Origin: Omnitrophica WOR_2 bacterium RIFOXYA2_FULL_38_17
Lineage (GTDB): Bacteria > Omnitrophota > Gorgyraeia > Zapsychrales > Zapsychraceae
NCBI GenBank assembly: GCA_001805965.1
Contig: MHHG01000028.1
Coordinates: 9,193-73,192 of the forward strand
DNA: 64,000 nt
Reading direction: 5' to 3'
Within the stretch, counting starts at the first letter, position 1; every line of letters begins with the position of its first letter. The position numbers and the translations under genes are program-made. Shown here piece after piece: positions 10,044 to 20,034 of this stretch. Under the pieces are notes generated by a model. The model was not told the origin of the DNA. It ran no database searches and worked only from the letters and a program-made list of their open reading frames with translations.

Positions 10044-10721
10044 ATGTCGTCTTTTGATTTAATGTTCATAGTCGGAGCGGTTTTCATATTAATATTGATA
10101 GCTGTTACGTTCTTTATACCTACGGAGAAAAGGTTAATTAAGAAAAAAAAGAAGATGCTAGATGAAAAACAGCAAAAGGACTGGCAAGAAACAGCTTTAA
10201 GGCTAGAGAACCTGGTAAGCATTTTACGAAATGAAATTGGAAAGTGGGAGAATAAAGATAAAACTAAAGAAAAGCAAATTATGGTCGAAAAAGTGAAGAT
10301 AAAAAAACTCCAGGAAAAGATCGTTCAGGAAAAGAGGTTGCATGAAAAAGAGCAAAGCGATATCACTAGAACAGCCAGAGAGCTGATTACCCTAAAAGCT
10401 GAACTGATCAAGGTGCAGGATAGCTTCTTGCAGGAGCATAATGATAATTTAAAAGCTAAAAGAGAGATAATTGAATTAAAAAGTCAAATTGATGTTTTAA
10501 GCAATGATAAAAGGCACCTTGAAACAAGTGTGCTGCAATTAAAAGCCAAAACGGATGAGAATAGAACTGAAATAATGCATTTAAAGAAAGAGAACTCTGA
10601 ACTGTCGAAAAAGAAGGATGATGTTAGCTGGATAGCCAAGTCAGACCATATCAAACTAGAGAAAATAGTAAAAGAAAAAGAAAAAGAAATTGAAAGGCTG
10701 CAGAGGGAGCTTAGTGGCTGA
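10044..10721 (+). CDS. membrane-anchored K/E-rich coiled-coil protein
   Basis: Single N-terminal TM helix followed by about 190 aa of heptad-like charged repeats. AGGAGG RBS. Confidence 0.5.
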   Translation: MSSFDLMFIVGAVFILILIAVTFFIPTEKRLIKKKKKMLDEKQQKDWQETALRLENLVSILRNEIGKWENKDKTKEKQIMVEKVKIKKLQEKIVQEKRLHEKEQSDITRTARELITLKAELIKVQDSFLQEHNDNLKAKREIIELKSQIDVLSNDKRHLETSVLQLKAKTDENRTEIMHLKKENSELSKKKDDVSWIAKSDHIKLEKIVKEKEKEIERLQRELSG

Positions 10722-10747
10722 TCTTTAAGTAGTATTGTTATTTTGGG

Positions 10748-11914
10748 ATGGGTCTTTATAAAATGTTTTCAAAGAGGACAAATTGGGTGTTTTCTTCAAA
10801 CAGGTTGGTGATGCTATTAGATTCTCTAAAGAAGGACAAAGAGAAGATAATAGACCTAACACAATCAAATCCTACGGAGTGCGGTTTTTATTATCCGAAA
10901 GAAGAGATCCTAGGGGCATTGTCAAACAGCGGGAATCTTGTTTATTCGCCAGCGTCAAAAGGAATGCTTTCTGCCAGAGAGATCGTTTCAGAATACTATA
11001 AAGATAAAGGTTACGAGGTTGACCCGGATAGTATATTTTTAACATCCAGCACTTCAGAAGGATATTTGTTTTTATTTAGATTGTTGGCTGATCCAGGGGA
11101 CCGGGTTCTTTTTCCCGGACCCAGCTACCCTTTATTCGAGGTTTTGACACAGCTCAATGATCTTGAACTTGTGACCTATCCTCTGCAGTATGATAATTGG
11201 TCTTTAGACAAGGCTCTTTTTGATGAAGTTTCCCCGGACGCTAAAGCCATTGTTGTAGTAAACCCAAATAATCCGACAGGCTCATTTGTCGATGAGGCTG
11301 ATCTTGGGATAATTAATGGCTCTTGCTTGAATACAGGAGCTGCAATTATCTGTGATGAAGTGTTTTTGGATTATGTCTTTGATGATAAGGCTAAACCTAA
11401 AAGCCTAGTAGGAAATAAGACCAGCCTTACATTTGTTTTGGGGGGACTTTCAAAAGCTCTTGGCATGCCTCAAATGAAATTGGCATGGATAGTTGTTAAC
11501 GGGCCGGACAGGTTGGTTGAAGAGGCTAAGAAAAGATTAGAAATAATTGCTGATACATTTCTTTCGGTTAATACTCCCTCTCAAAATGCCTTAGGAAAAT
11601 GGATGAAATGTAAGCCTTTTATTCAAAAGGATATTGTAATGAGGGTCAGGGATAATAAAAAAGTTGTACAGTCTATGATCTCCGGCAGCAATAAGTTTAA
11701 ACTACTTGAGGCTCAAGGGGGATGGTATTCTGTTTTGCGGTTGTCAGGATCTGTTGATGAAGAAGAGTTTTGTTATGAACTATTAAGCAAAAAGAAGGTT
11801 TTTGTTCATCCTGGCTATTTCTTTGATTTTTCCGAAGGTGCACATATTGTTATAAGCCTGCTGCCACAAAAAGAAATATTTGAAAAGGGTATGAACGCTT
11901 TGTGCATTGAATAA
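10748..11914 (+). CDS. pyridoxal-phosphate-dependent aminotransferase, class I/II
   Basis: NPNNPTGS motif and an SKALG lysine motif. Confidence 0.8.
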   Translation: MGLYKMFSKRTNWVFSSNRLVMLLDSLKKDKEKIIDLTQSNPTECGFYYPKEEILGALSNSGNLVYSPASKGMLSAREIVSEYYKDKGYEVDPDSIFLTSSTSEGYLFLFRLLADPGDRVLFPGPSYPLFEVLTQLNDLELVTYPLQYDNWSLDKALFDEVSPDAKAIVVVNPNNPTGSFVDEADLGIINGSCLNTGAAIICDEVFLDYVFDDKAKPKSLVGNKTSLTFVLGGLSKALGMPQMKLAWIVVNGPDRLVEEAKKRLEIIADTFLSVNTPSQNALGKWMKCKPFIQKDIVMRVRDNKKVVQSMISGSNKFKLLEAQGGWYSVLRLSGSVDEEEFCYELLSKKKVFVHPGYFFDFSEGAHIVISLLPQKEIFEKGMNALCIE

Positions 11915-11987
11915 TTGTATATTTGAGTTAATATTGATAATTGAACATAGATGTCATGTTATAATCTCTTATAGGAGGAATTATAAA

Positions 11988-13199
11988 ATGTTTGGAAAAA
12001 AAAGCTTCTTAGTTGTTCTTTTGCTCCTGTTAAGTTTTTACTTTATGATAGGTATTTCTGCGGCAGATAATGACAAAGCCTTGCTTGATAAAGCAAAAAG
12101 TTATATTGAAGAAGGACAGGAAGATTTTGCCATAATGTATTTAAGGGAAATAATAAGAGTTTATCCAAATTCTATTTATTGTGATGAGGCTAGCTTTAGG
12201 CTTGGGGAATATCATTACAAGCAGAACAATACAAAAGAAGCGATTAAGATCCTTAGCCAGCATTCGAGAATGTATCCTGATAGTTCTTTTAAAGATCAGA
12301 CGAATGAGTATTTAAAAAAATTAAATTCGGTTATTTTGATTAAAAAGGCAAATACATTATTTGCCGCAAACATGTGGGAGGAAGCCCTTGCTGTTTTTAC
12401 TGAATTAATTGATGACAATCCTGAGCTTGCCGCTTCTTTCAAGGAGAAAATAGATAAGTGCAGTTGGAAAATAGATGAGAATAAAAGGGAATTAGAGAAA
12501 AGAAAAGCGCGGATCGATTCAGGAAGCTTGGAGGCTGAACTTTTAGCACAAGATATTCAAAGCGGAAAAGCGCAGGGTTCTGTTAAGGTGATACAGCCAA
12601 AATCCGGGGCAGTTAGAAGCATAAAGAACGTGATAGGTCAGGCTACATCAGTTATGTCAACAAAAGCGCCAATTGATGATCAGATGAAAATCATGGAGCG
12701 GAAGTTTAATGTGTCAATGAGATCAAATGATGGCGATATGGCAGCTGCTATGCTTGCAATGATGGGGCCATTTATTTTGGTCATTTTGTCGATTATGTTG
12801 GTTTTTTATGTTTATTCAGCGTTTTGTTTGCAGACGATTGCCAGGAAGACAGATACAGAGGGTGGATGGTTAGCATGGATTCCAATTTTTAATATTATTC
12901 TGATGTGTGATATTGCGAGAAAGCCTAAGTGGTGGTTCTTTCTTATTTTTTTGACAGTTATCCCTATTATAGGAAGTATTATAGTTTTGGTTTTGTTTGT
13001 TATTATCTGGATGAATATTTGTGAACAGTGCGGCAAGCCTAGCTGGCTGGGTGTGTTAACGGTTATTCCTTTGGTGAGCTTGGTCCTATTGGGTTACTTG
13101 GCTTTATCAACTGTTAAGAAAGAAAAGAATAAAGAGAAATCAGAAAAAACTGAACATGCTGATGATCTGCCGCCCCCTCCAGCGCCAATAAAGTTCTAA
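11988..13199 (+). CDS. secreted YbgF/CpoB-like TPR domain protein with C-terminal 4-TM domain
   Basis: Signal peptide, TPR block, coiled coil, then four hydrophobic helices and a proline-rich tail. AGGAGG RBS 9 nt upstream of the ATG at 11988. Confidence 0.55.
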   Translation: MFGKKSFLVVLLLLLSFYFMIGISAADNDKALLDKAKSYIEEGQEDFAIMYLREIIRVYPNSIYCDEASFRLGEYHYKQNNTKEAIKILSQHSRMYPDSSFKDQTNEYLKKLNSVILIKKANTLFAANMWEEALAVFTELIDDNPELAASFKEKIDKCSWKIDENKRELEKRKARIDSGSLEAELLAQDIQSGKAQGSVKVIQPKSGAVRSIKNVIGQATSVMSTKAPIDDQMKIMERKFNVSMRSNDGDMAAAMLAMMGPFILVILSIMLVFYVYSAFCLQTIARKTDTEGGWLAWIPIFNIILMCDIARKPKWWFFLIFLTVIPIIGSIIVLVLFVIIWMNICEQCGKPSWLGVLTVIPLVSLVLLGYLALSTVKKEKNKEKSEKTEHADDLPPPPAPIKF

Positions 13200-13204
13200 A
13201 TAAA

Positions 13205-15307
13205 ATGAGCATTAAAAAATATATATTGAGATATTTCCTCGGCACTGCAGTTTTAATGTCATTCTTTGCGGGATGCGCCCACCTTAATGAAGCAGGAAGC
13301 TATTCAAATTCTGAGCAAGCAAAAGTTTGGTATGATCAGAGGGCTTTTATTGAAACGGTTGATGTGTTAGTAAAAGATAGCCAGCTGTTTTTTAAGTATA
13401 AAGCATTGCTTGAATCCAGTGACCAGCAAAAAGAGTTTTATGCTTTCGCGAATTTGGATGGTTTAAATAATTTGAAAGCTGATAGGGAAAGAATTATTTT
13501 GATCGAGATCAAGTACCTGGATAAAAAAGAATGGGAAGAGCGATCTGAAAAAACAATGCCGGTTACAAGTATTTCCGGGGAGAATTGGGATGAAATAAAG
13601 GAATTAATTTTTAAAGCAATAACGCCTGATGAGAAAAATTCCGGAAATGTTATAAGAAATAATGAAGAGGAACTATTGTTTTTCTATGATTCAGAGAAGA
13701 ATGTAAATGTTGTTGATGTTAGCGAGAAGCCTATGGGAATCAGAATAAACAAGAACTATGACCAGGATGAGCTTGCAAATATAATAATTTCATCTTCAGA
13801 AGATTATTTGAAAAGAATAGAGATGGAAGCAGACAAGATATTGATAATTACAAATACTGAAGATGAATTTAAGGTGCCATTCCTCTATGTTGATTTGCAA
13901 AAGGGATTTATAGCAAGCTTAAATGTGAGTGATAGCATTGGACCAAAACAGAATAATAATGTTGTTAAGAAAGGCATAAAAACTGCGGACCATGTGATCT
14001 TTAACAGTCATGTTTTTGGAATGGTTAACAGGCCGTTCACGTCCGCATTTAAGCTGTTTTCGTGGGGAAAGGGAACTGTTTTTGATGTAATGGATACAAC
14101 AAAAATAACAAAATTTGAAAGTAAATCCTTTCCCCCGATTGGAAATGATCTTGCAATGGATATGGATGTCTTTAATAAGAAGTTAGACAGGTTGTTGGGA
14201 AGCGATATCAATTATGGGCAAATGAATCTTTTGGTGGATGGGGATGATTATTTCCCTCGATTGATAGCGGCGTTGCTTGATGCAAAAAAGTCTATCCATT
14301 TCAGGACATTTATTTTTGATAATGATGATTATGCTGTAAAGATCGCAGATGTTTTAAGGAAGAAATCAAAGGAAAATGGTGTTAGCGTTAAGGTCTTATT
14401 AGACGGTATGGGACAGGTAATGGGAGAAGGTAAAATTCCGGTTGGGTTGCCAAAAGGCTTTAAGGCGCCCGCATCAATGGAAAAATATTTAATGCAAGGC
14501 TCTAATGTTGAGGTAAGAGTGAGGTCTAATACCTGGTTTAAAGCAGATCATACAAAGACAATAACAATTGATGGGGAAATCTGTTTTACTGGGGGGATGA
14601 ATGTCGGGCGTGAATACCGCTATAATTGGCATGACCTGATGGTTGAGCTGAAGGGCCCGATCATTGATGAAATACTTTATGAGTTTAATATCGCCTGGGA
14701 ACATTCGAGCAAGATGGGGGATATTGCGCTAATAAGGGAGATGCTTTCTTCAAAAAGAGAGGCCAAAAAGATAATAGATGCAGGTGAGCATTATCCAATA
14801 AGGACTCTTTACACTCGGATAAATGACCCCCAAATATACAAGGCGCAGCTAGCAGCAATTAGAGGATCCAGGCAGTACATTTATATAAATAACGCTTATT
14901 TTTCTGATAATATTATACTTTATGAATTGATAAAAGCGAGAAGGCGGGGCGTAGATGTTAGAGTGATCCTCCCTGTTCATGGCAATCATGAAATTATGAA
15001 TGCCAGCAATGTTATCACAGCGAACATTATGTTTAAAAATGGCATTAAGGTCTATTTTTACCCGGGCATGTCACATGTAAAAGCTGCGATCTATGATGGC
15101 TGGCTTTGTACAGGTTCTGCAAATTTTGATAAATTAAGTTTCCGCTATAATTTGGAATTTAATCTAGCAACATCAAATAAAGAAACGGTAGAGCGCTTTA
15201 AGGCAGTGCTTTTCGAGCCTGATTTTAAGAAATCCAAGGTCATGGACAGGTTGCTTAAAAGCAATATAAAAGATTTTGTTTCTGAAATATTCGCTGAACA
15301 ATTATAG
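13205..15307 (+). CDS. phospholipase D family lipoprotein with two HKD motifs (cardiolipin synthase/PLD-like) and large N-terminal domain of unknown function
   Basis: Lipobox FFAGC. HKD motifs HTKTITIDG...GGMN and HVKAAIYDG...GSAN. The N-terminal ~450 aa has no recognisable motif. Confidence 0.7.
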   Translation: MSIKKYILRYFLGTAVLMSFFAGCAHLNEAGSYSNSEQAKVWYDQRAFIETVDVLVKDSQLFFKYKALLESSDQQKEFYAFANLDGLNNLKADRERIILIEIKYLDKKEWEERSEKTMPVTSISGENWDEIKELIFKAITPDEKNSGNVIRNNEEELLFFYDSEKNVNVVDVSEKPMGIRINKNYDQDELANIIISSSEDYLKRIEMEADKILIITNTEDEFKVPFLYVDLQKGFIASLNVSDSIGPKQNNNVVKKGIKTADHVIFNSHVFGMVNRPFTSAFKLFSWGKGTVFDVMDTTKITKFESKSFPPIGNDLAMDMDVFNKKLDRLLGSDINYGQMNLLVDGDDYFPRLIAALLDAKKSIHFRTFIFDNDDYAVKIADVLRKKSKENGVSVKVLLDGMGQVMGEGKIPVGLPKGFKAPASMEKYLMQGSNVEVRVRSNTWFKADHTKTITIDGEICFTGGMNVGREYRYNWHDLMVELKGPIIDEILYEFNIAWEHSSKMGDIALIREMLSSKREAKKIIDAGEHYPIRTLYTRINDPQIYKAQLAAIRGSRQYIYINNAYFSDNIILYELIKARRRGVDVRVILPVHGNHEIMNASNVITANIMFKNGIKVYFYPGMSHVKAAIYDGWLCTGSANFDKLSFRYNLEFNLATSNKETVERFKAVLFEPDFKKSKVMDRLLKSNIKDFVSEIFAEQL

Positions 15308-15336
15308 TTAACGCAATTAATCGAGGAAGAAAGTTA

Positions 15337-16053
15337 ATGATAGATCTAATTGATGGAGGTATACAGAATTCAAATTTATTTTTGCATATGCCTTTATTTG
15401 ATGAAGTCTATTATGAAGGCTACCATGAAGGAAAGATTAGAAAGTACAGGGCTATAAGAGAGGACCAGAAATGTGATATCCTGGTCTTAAATGTCATAAG
15501 GAAAAGCGAAGATATTATTTGGGACTCTTTGGAGGACTTATTAAAAAGGAGCGTGTCCGAAGCGGCATTTAGCGTCCATGGCGTATATATTTTTGATCTG
15601 TTGACCATGGACATTCATAAAGAACTTAAGACATATAATCATAATGAATTAAAGACATTGCTGATCAATATTGCGTTAAAATTAAAACCGGGTGAACAAA
15701 AACTGATCAAGTATTCTTCTGTATATGGGTTGTTTCAGAAAACTGTGCATGAATCATGGGGAAAGATAGCCTTTAAAACATCAGTTGAAGTGTTTAAGGA
15801 TAAATCATCCTATTTGGACCTGCTTATAAAGCAGCTTCTAAAGAACGTTGAGTTCGCACATGACCCGGCAATACTTCTTCTCAATGATCTCAGCCAGACT
15901 CCTATTTTTGATCCTAAAGATGATGAGCAGCAAGAAAGGTTAAAAAAGTTTATTGAAAAAAAAATACCTACTTCGATAGAATTCCCGCCGGAAGTTTATA
16001 TTCAGGATAAGAACGGGGTTAGAGAATTGTTGTCAGGAGATGTGATTGTATAA
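15337..16053 (+). CDS. hypothetical cytoplasmic protein
   Basis: 238-aa ORF with an AGGAAG RBS and no recognisable motif. Confidence 0.45.
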   Translation: MIDLIDGGIQNSNLFLHMPLFDEVYYEGYHEGKIRKYRAIREDQKCDILVLNVIRKSEDIIWDSLEDLLKRSVSEAAFSVHGVYIFDLLTMDIHKELKTYNHNELKTLLINIALKLKPGEQKLIKYSSVYGLFQKTVHESWGKIAFKTSVEVFKDKSSYLDLLIKQLLKNVEFAHDPAILLLNDLSQTPIFDPKDDEQQERLKKFIEKKIPTSIEFPPEVYIQDKNGVRELLSGDVIV

Positions 16054-16162
16054 AAAAATGGCCTGTTTTAAGGTCTTCCTTGTTCTTGCCAATAGCCTTC
16101 ATATCTGTTAGTATTATTAAAATTCTTATTAATATTATAAATAAAAAGAAAGGGATCTGACT

Positions 16163-16639
16163 GTGGCAAAAAGACCAGACTGGGACGAATATTTTTTAAA
16201 GTTGGCAATGTTAGCATCAGAGAGAGCTACTTGTCCGAGAATGCATTGCGGCTGCGTGATCGTAAAAGACAAGAATGTGATCGCGACCGGATATAATGGT
16301 TCTATCCCTGGAGACGACCATTGTGATGATGTAGGATGCATGGTCATTGATAACCATTGTGTGCGTACAAATCATGCTGAAATGAACGCTTTGATCCAGG
16401 CAGCCAAGCAAGGTAATTCGGTAAATGGGGCAATAGCTTATGTAACTAATATGCCATGTACAACATGCGCAAAAGCTTTGATAGGGGCAGGCATAAAAAA
16501 AGTTGTAATTTTCTCAGGGTATCATGATACTTTGGCAAAGGAATTTTTTGCTAAAGCCGGGGTTGAATTGTTGAAGATCGCTATGCCTTCAAAAAAGATC
16601 GAATATGATATTGAGGGTTATTCTTCAGCTAAAAAGTAA
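16163..16639 (+). CDS. dCMP deaminase (CMP/dCMP deaminase zinc-binding, ComEB-like)
   Basis: HAEMNA and PCTTCA zinc-binding motifs. GTG start. Confidence 0.8.
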   Translation: MAKRPDWDEYFLKLAMLASERATCPRMHCGCVIVKDKNVIATGYNGSIPGDDHCDDVGCMVIDNHCVRTNHAEMNALIQAAKQGNSVNGAIAYVTNMPCTTCAKALIGAGIKKVVIFSGYHDTLAKEFFAKAGVELLKIAMPSKKIEYDIEGYSSAKK

Positions 16640-16704
16640 TTCTTGATGAAGAATATGCTGATTTGCTGGAGAGCAGATCTTGCTAAATGAGGCAAGGAGA
16701 GATA

Positions 16705-17106
16705 ATGGGTAATATTAAGATATTGGTGGCTGACGATGAAAAAGAAGTTCTTGATATTATGGCAAGGAAAATTCAGGAGCAGGGGTATGATGTTGTTAAA
16801 GCAAGTGATGGAAATGATGCGCTAGAGAAAATTATTCGGGAAGCTCCGGATGTTATACTGCTTGATATTAATATGCCAGGAAGAAATGGATTTGAGATAT
16901 TAAAAGATGTCAGGGAGAATCCTACTGCTTCCAAGTGGCAGCCGGTAATTATAGTTTCAGCTTGTAATGAACTTGATGACCTGAGAAAAGGATATAAGCT
17001 TCAAGCGGACCATTATATTACTAAGCCCTGCAGTATTGAAGATATCATTAAAGCGATTAAGTTAATGGTGAGCCTTATTCCTCAAAGGAAGAGCAGAAAA
17101 TCATAA
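16705..17106 (+). CDS. single-domain response regulator (CheY-like receiver)
   Basis: REC motifs ILVADDE and DVILLDINMP, with a conserved K near the C-terminus. AAGGAGAG RBS before the ATG at 16705. Confidence 0.75.
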   Translation: MGNIKILVADDEKEVLDIMARKIQEQGYDVVKASDGNDALEKIIREAPDVILLDINMPGRNGFEILKDVRENPTASKWQPVIIVSACNELDDLRKGYKLQADHYITKPCSIEDIIKAIKLMVSLIPQRKSRKS

Positions 17107-17170
17107 ATGGTTGTTCAAAGAGCAATAATCAGGTTTTATTAGTTCAATAAAGGATATTTTATTTAAATTT

Positions 17171-17995
17171 ATGAGAGCGCTTATATACATTGTTGTATTT
17201 CTGGTGTTATTTGTTCTTTATGTCCGGTATCTAGAGTACAAGTCGCTTTTTTACCCGATAAAAGATGTTTTAGTTACGCCTACAAGCATTGGTTTGTCGT
17301 ATGAAAATATTTATTTTAAGACAAGAACCGGGCTAGTATTAAATGGCTGGCTGGTAGAAGGCGTACCTCAGAGTAAAGCGGTTATGCTTTTCTTTCACGG
17401 CAATGCCGGAAATATCGGGGACCGCCTGACGAAATTGAAATATTTTTCGCAAATGGGTGTTAATGTCTTTATTATCGATTATAGGGGATATGGTAAAAGT
17501 GAAGGCTCTCCGAGCGAGGAAGGCTTGTATGAAGATGCTGCCGCAGCATTTGATTATATTGTATCGAGAAAAGAGCTTGATCCGGAAAAAATTATTTCCT
17601 ATGGGGTTTCCTTGGGGGGCGCGGTTGCTGTTGATCTGGCGGCTAACAGAAAAGTATGTGGATTGATAGTTGATTCATCTTTTTCAAATGCTAAAGATAT
17701 GGCAAAAAAGATACTGCCGTTTATCCCGGGGTTCATCATCAAGACTAAACTAGATTCGCTTGCAAAAATCAAGGGCATAAAATATCCCAAGCTATTCTTA
17801 CATAGCCCTCAGGATGAAGTTGTGCCTTTTGTGCTAGGAAGGAAGCTGTATAAGGCCGCCTCAGAACCCAAAGAGTTCGTAGAATTATCAGGCGGGCATA
17901 ATGATAATCATATTGAAGATGAGGCCAAATATAAAGAAAAAATAAACTTGTTCATTAATGATATAGTCAATAGGGCTGATAAAGATAATCAGTAG
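17171..17995 (+). CDS. alpha/beta hydrolase (membrane-anchored, prolyl oligopeptidase/BAAT-like)
   Basis: N-terminal TM helix, GxSxG nucleophile elbow GVSLGG, and an HG oxyanion motif FFHGNAGN. Confidence 0.7.
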   Translation: MRALIYIVVFLVLFVLYVRYLEYKSLFYPIKDVLVTPTSIGLSYENIYFKTRTGLVLNGWLVEGVPQSKAVMLFFHGNAGNIGDRLTKLKYFSQMGVNVFIIDYRGYGKSEGSPSEEGLYEDAAAAFDYIVSRKELDPEKIISYGVSLGGAVAVDLAANRKVCGLIVDSSFSNAKDMAKKILPFIPGFIIKTKLDSLAKIKGIKYPKLFLHSPQDEVVPFVLGRKLYKAASEPKEFVELSGGHNDNHIEDEAKYKEKINLFINDIVNRADKDNQ

Positions 17996-18026
17996 GCGGC
18001 AAGTACCTTGCGGGGGGTTAAGAAAT

Positions 18027-19229
18027 ATGAAAGAATATTTAAGAACAAAGAAGATGAGGATTTTAAAGCCTAGCGGTAAGCCTATCATATTGAGAGGTGT
18101 GAATTTGGGCGGGTGGTTGATGATGGAGGGGTATATTCTTCATGCTCCAAATTTTCCGGAACAGCAGTTTAAGAAGAATTTTGTAAAGAAATTAGGCGCT
18201 AATAAATTAGCTTCATTTGAAAAAAGTTTTCGCGACAATTTTATTGCCGAAAAAGATATAAAGCAGATAGCCGGTAATGGATTTAATTGTGTTCGCGTTC
18301 CCTTCAATTATCAATTAGTCGAGTGCGCTCCATACAAGTATGACCAGAAGCAAGTTCAATATTTAGATAATGTGATCAAATGGTGCACAAAGAACAAGAT
18401 ATATGTCATTCTTGACCTTCATGCTGCCCCCGGCAGCCAGAATCATGACTGGCATTCAGATAGTTTCGGCCACGCAAAACTATGGACGAACAAGGCAAAT
18501 CAGAACAGAACGATAGCTATATGGGAGTTTATAGCAGCAAGATATAAAGACGAGAAATATGTTGCGGGCTATGATCTGCTGAACGAATCAGTAATCAAGA
18601 GCACAAAGCTTTTAAATGAATTTTATAAACAGCTGATCAAGCATATCAGGAATATTGATAAAAATCATATTCTTTTTATTGAAGGTAATAATTGGGCGAC
18701 AGATATAGAGTGTCTGGAAAGATTTGATGATGATAATTATGTGTTAAGTATCCATAGTTATCATCCTATTGATTTTACATTTAATTTGGTCCCGCATCTT
18801 TGTTATCCTTCAAAAGTGGATCATCTTCAATATAACAAAAAAAATCTCAAGGAGCATTTATCGCAGTATAAAAGAATTGCTCAGAAGCATTGTGTGCCTG
18901 TTCTTCTTGGAGAGTTTGGGGTCAATGCGCGCGACGGTCTTTTTGGGGAAGATAAGTGGCTAGAAGATATGCTGGCTATATGCAAAGAGCTTGGCTTTAG
19001 CTGGACTTATTGGACATACAAGGCAATAAAGAATAGCGCTTTTCCGGACGGCGTTTATAGCTATTATGATAATCCGCCATGGGTAAACAGGCTGGGGCCT
19101 GTTACAGGATGGGATACGTATAAGAATCATTGGGTCAAAAAGAAAAATGAAATGACCCGTTCATGGCAAACAGAGAATTATAAAAGTAATCCTTCAGTCT
19201 TGAAAGTGCTTAAGAAATATGCAAAGTAA
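18027..19229 (+). CDS. glycoside hydrolase family 5 (cellulase-like), no signal peptide
   Basis: GH5 signatures: an NE acid/base (LLNES) and LGEFG nucleophile region. Confidence 0.65.
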   Translation: MKEYLRTKKMRILKPSGKPIILRGVNLGGWLMMEGYILHAPNFPEQQFKKNFVKKLGANKLASFEKSFRDNFIAEKDIKQIAGNGFNCVRVPFNYQLVECAPYKYDQKQVQYLDNVIKWCTKNKIYVILDLHAAPGSQNHDWHSDSFGHAKLWTNKANQNRTIAIWEFIAARYKDEKYVAGYDLLNESVIKSTKLLNEFYKQLIKHIRNIDKNHILFIEGNNWATDIECLERFDDDNYVLSIHSYHPIDFTFNLVPHLCYPSKVDHLQYNKKNLKEHLSQYKRIAQKHCVPVLLGEFGVNARDGLFGEDKWLEDMLAICKELGFSWTYWTYKAIKNSAFPDGVYSYYDNPPWVNRLGPVTGWDTYKNHWVKKKNEMTRSWQTENYKSNPSVLKVLKKYAK

Positions 19230-20034
19230 GATTGTCAGCATGTCAAATTCACGAATAAAGAAGATTGTTCAATTGCGTGATAGAAAAACGAGGCAGGAAC
19301 TTGGATTGACTATCATTGAAGGGGTTCGTGAAGTAGAACGTGCGATTGATTCTAAGGTGGATATAAAAGAAATATACTGTTGTTCTGACTTGCTTGAAAA
19401 AATGGGGTCTTTGGCCCTAAATAAGAAGCTTAAGGCGTTAGAAGTTCCAAGATTTGAATTAAGCAGTGCAGTGTTTTTAAAGGCTTCTTATGGAGACAGA
19501 AGTGAGGGCGTTATTGCATTGATGTCGATACCTGAGGCTTCATTGAAAAATATAAGGGTTAAAAACAAAAATAACCCGATTGTAGTTGTCGTTGAATCTG
19601 TCGAGAAGCCGGGAAATCTTGGAGCGATATTAAGGACATGTGATGGCGCAGGAGTTGACGGTGTTATTGTTTGTGATGAAAGAACGGATATTTATAATCC
19701 AAATGTAATAAGAGCGAGCTTGGGGACTATTTTTTCTGTGCAGGTTGGTGTTGGCTCTAATGGGCATGTTCTTGATTATCTAAGGGATAATAAAATTAGA
19801 ATTTGTGTAACCACTCCTTCAGCAAAAATGGTATACACTGACGCAGAACTTAACAGGCCGTTAGCAATAATCATGGGTTCTGAGCAGAAGGGATTAAGCC
19901 CATTTTGGTTAAATAATGCCGACATGCAAGTTAATATTCCTATGAACGGTATTGCAGATTCTTTGAACGTATCAGTATCAACAGCAGTTGTTGTTTATGA
20001 GGCATTAAGGCAAAGAAAGAAAGGTGATAAATGA
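19219..20034 (+). CDS. TrmH/SpoU family RNA 2'-O-methyltransferase
   Basis: EKPGNLGAILRT and IMGSEQKGLS SPOUT motifs. Second SpoU paralogue in the window. Confidence 0.75.
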   Translation: MQSKIVSMSNSRIKKIVQLRDRKTRQELGLTIIEGVREVERAIDSKVDIKEIYCCSDLLEKMGSLALNKKLKALEVPRFELSSAVFLKASYGDRSEGVIALMSIPEASLKNIRVKNKNNPIVVVVESVEKPGNLGAILRTCDGAGVDGVIVCDERTDIYNPNVIRASLGTIFSVQVGVGSNGHVLDYLRDNKIRICVTTPSAKMVYTDAELNRPLAIIMGSEQKGLSPFWLNNADMQVNIPMNGIADSLNVSVSTAVVVYEALRQRKKGDK

